Notes under the pieces: model-generated
Database searches by the model: none
What the model was told of the DNA's origin: nothing
The model's input: the letters and a program-made list of their open reading frames with translations, nothing else
Assembly: GCA_021324995.1 (NCBI GenBank)
Contig: JAJPIB010000032.1
Location: forward strand, 3,671-67,670
Origin: Chlamydiia bacterium
Lineage (GTDB): Bacteria; Chlamydiota; Chlamydiia; Chlamydiales; Rhabdochlamydiaceae
Reading direction: 5' to 3'
DNA: 64,000 bases
Shown: positions 62,535 through 64,000 of the stretch, piece after piece
Position numbering within the stretch: position 1 is the stretch's first letter
How the letters are laid out: each line of letters starts with the position of its first letter
Translations under genes and position numbers: made by a program

Positions 62535-64000
62535 CTAAAGGTTTAGGAGGAGGGCTACTTTCTTTGCCGCTTCAGGTTTGAGCTGGTCCATATCTTTAAG
62601 GATATTGACGGCTTCAAGCATTTGGAGATCATCCACTCCCCAGTTATTCTGAGAAGTGGGAGCTGGAGATTCTCCTTTCTTGACTAGCTCTATGGCTGCC
62701 AAAAATGACTTATAGTCCTTATTATTCTCTAGGCGGTATGAGCTATTTGTCCGCAGCTGATCTGTCATTTGCGTCCATAAGGAAAGCTTTTTTTGCAGAT
62801 TAGGAAGGTAGTTTTGCTGAAACCAAGGCTTGTTGCGGGGATCGATATCGTTCAAAGGATCGGAGTAAGCGGAAGGGATCCGGTCGCTTTTGAGCGGAAA
62901 CTCCAGATAGCGCTCGCCGATCGCCATTGCAGAATAAGAGGTCGGAAGCACAATATCCGCTTTGACGCCGTCGATTTGTGTGGTGCGGCCGGAAACAGTG
63001 TAATACCTGCCGACGGTCACCTTAAAGAAGGAGGTTGCTGCGGAATCTGTCACTGTTTGATACTGGATCGTTCCTTTGCCATAAGTTCTATCGTCGCCGA
63101 CGACCAGTCCCGCGCCATAGTCTTGCAAGGCTTGGGCTACGATTTCAGCGGCTGAAGCGGAAGCCCGCGATGTGAGGATGACGAGAGGCCCATTATAATA
63201 GCAGCGTCCATCCAAATCGCGCAGGTACTGTGTTTCATTGCGGGCATATTTGGAAATGACAATAATGCCACTGGTGATAAACAGGCCGGCGACTTTGACC
63301 GCTTGATTTAGAAATCCTCCGGAATTCTCCCTCATATCAAGGACAAGTCCATTGAGATTCCCTTTCTTTTTAAGTTCGCGAAGCGCTTCCCTCAAATCCA
63401 GCTCGCAACTCGAACCTTCTCCACTTTCATAAAAGGAAGGCAGGTTCAGCTTGCCAATAATCCCGTCTCCATAAGGCTCATAAGAATATTGGACGCGGTC
63501 GTCCTGCATGACAATTTTTTCTCGTTTCAGCTCGACGCGATAGAACTGTGAGTCTGTTTCACTCGTGAAACGACGAAAACCAATTTTTATTTTACCCGCT
63601 CCTGCACCTTGAAGTCGGTTCAATACTTCATCATAAGAAGCTCCTTCCATCGACTTCCCATCGATCTCGACGAGAAGGTCGCCCTGAGAAATTTTTCCGC
63701 AGCGCTCAGCGGGACCGCCTTTAATCATGTCGTGAATGACTACCCCATCTATCCCTTCGCGAAGAACAACTCCAATCCCTTCAAACTGCTTTTCTAGGCT
63801 GGTGCGCATTGCATATGCCTCTTCTGGACTGAAATAGGAGGAATGCGCGTCGAGGCTTTTGGCCATCGCCTTCAGAGTATGCATACAGAGGTAATGCTCC
63901 GTTGCTCCACCTGAAGGAAGGTAGGTGTCTTCCATACGAGCAAATCTTCTTTCCCAGAGGTCAAATAATTTTTGTCTTTGCTGTGGATTCCAAGAACGAA
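62535..64000 (-). CDS. Carboxy-terminal processing (tail-specific) protease, S41 family; N-terminus beyond the window
   Basis: PDZ region (GIGVVL...GGPAERCGKISQGDLLVEIDG) and S41 motifs (LDMRENSGGFL, TSRASASAAEIVA, TYGKGT). The frame stays open from 63935 to the window end. Confidence 0.85.
   Translation of the reverse strand, partial: RSWNPQQRQKLFDLWERRFARMEDTYLPSGGATEHYLCMHTLKAMAKSLDAHSSYFSPEEAYAMRTSLEKQFEGIGVVLREGIDGVVIHDMIKGGPAERCGKISQGDLLVEIDGKSMEGASYDEVLNRLQGAGAGKIKIGFRRFTSETDSQFYRVELKREKIVMQDDRVQYSYEPYGDGIIGKLNLPSFYESGEGSSCELDLREALRELKKKGNLNGLVLDMRENSGGFLNQAVKVAGLFITSGIIVISKYARNETQYLRDLDGRCYYNGPLVILTSRASASAAEIVAQALQDYGAGLVVGDDRTYGKGTIQYQTVTDSAATSFFKVTVGRYYTVSGRTTQIDGVKADIVLPTSYSAMAIGERYLEFPLKSDRIPSAYSDPLNDIDPRNKPWFQQNYLPNLQKKLSLWTQMTDQLRTNSSYRLENNKDYKSFLAAIELVKKGESPAPTSQNNWGVDDLQMLEAVNILKDMDQLKPEAAKKVALLLNL

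Overview
The gene content and order indicate a chromosomal segment from a Chlamydia-like organism (phylum Chlamydiota, an 'environmental chlamydia'). I cannot name the species from sequence alone.

**Left third, about 1-23.6 kb: mostly housekeeping genes**
- A partial DHH-like gene, tRNA-Arg(UCU), an orphan secretin and dapB.
- An LPS block (kdsA, two membrane or exported proteins, lptB) followed by a GT9 glycosyltransferase.
- ndk, a dtd gene split by a MITE, pckG, mreB and a SWIM-SNF2 helicase.
- Two identical tRNA-Gly(GCC) genes followed by tig-clpP-clpX.

**Middle, about 23.7-48.2 kb: a type III secretion (T3SS) region**
- A Ser/Asp-rich candidate effector is transcribed divergently from a four-gene operon that looks like a translocator operon.
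- Next come a eukaryotic-like kinase and two tandem paralogs of unknown function.
- After that is a block in the same order as Chlamydia trachomatis CT663-CT674: chaperone-like gene, FHA-SctD, CdsE, needle SctF, CdsG, a CT668-position gene, SctN, SctO, SctP, SctQ, Pkn5, SctC.
- Three features differ from that order: a second SctP-like gene, a GAMT-like methyltransferase, and a 1285-aa SctC carrying eight tandem periplasmic modules.

**Right part, about 48.2-64 kb: accessory-looking genes**
- Tandem HAD hydrolases, a divergent ThyA-fold protein, a UPF0391 peptide, an MFS transporter and proBA.
- A nucleotidyltransferase plus small-ORF pair.
- A roughly 5.9 kb islet bounded by tRNA-Phe and a 46-bp copy of its 3' half. 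It carries a hydantoinase-DUF917-NCS1 permease cassette.
- A partial tail-specific protease gene at the window edge.

**Dispersed repeats**
- At least four subfamilies of palindromic MITE-like elements, 158-169 bp long, are scattered through the window.
- They share TAC... termini and TA flanks.
- Four copies sit in or at the ends of ORFs.

No rRNA, CRISPR array, transposase or integrase gene was seen. All functional calls rest on motifs read by eye and on remembered family signatures and synteny. No database search was run.
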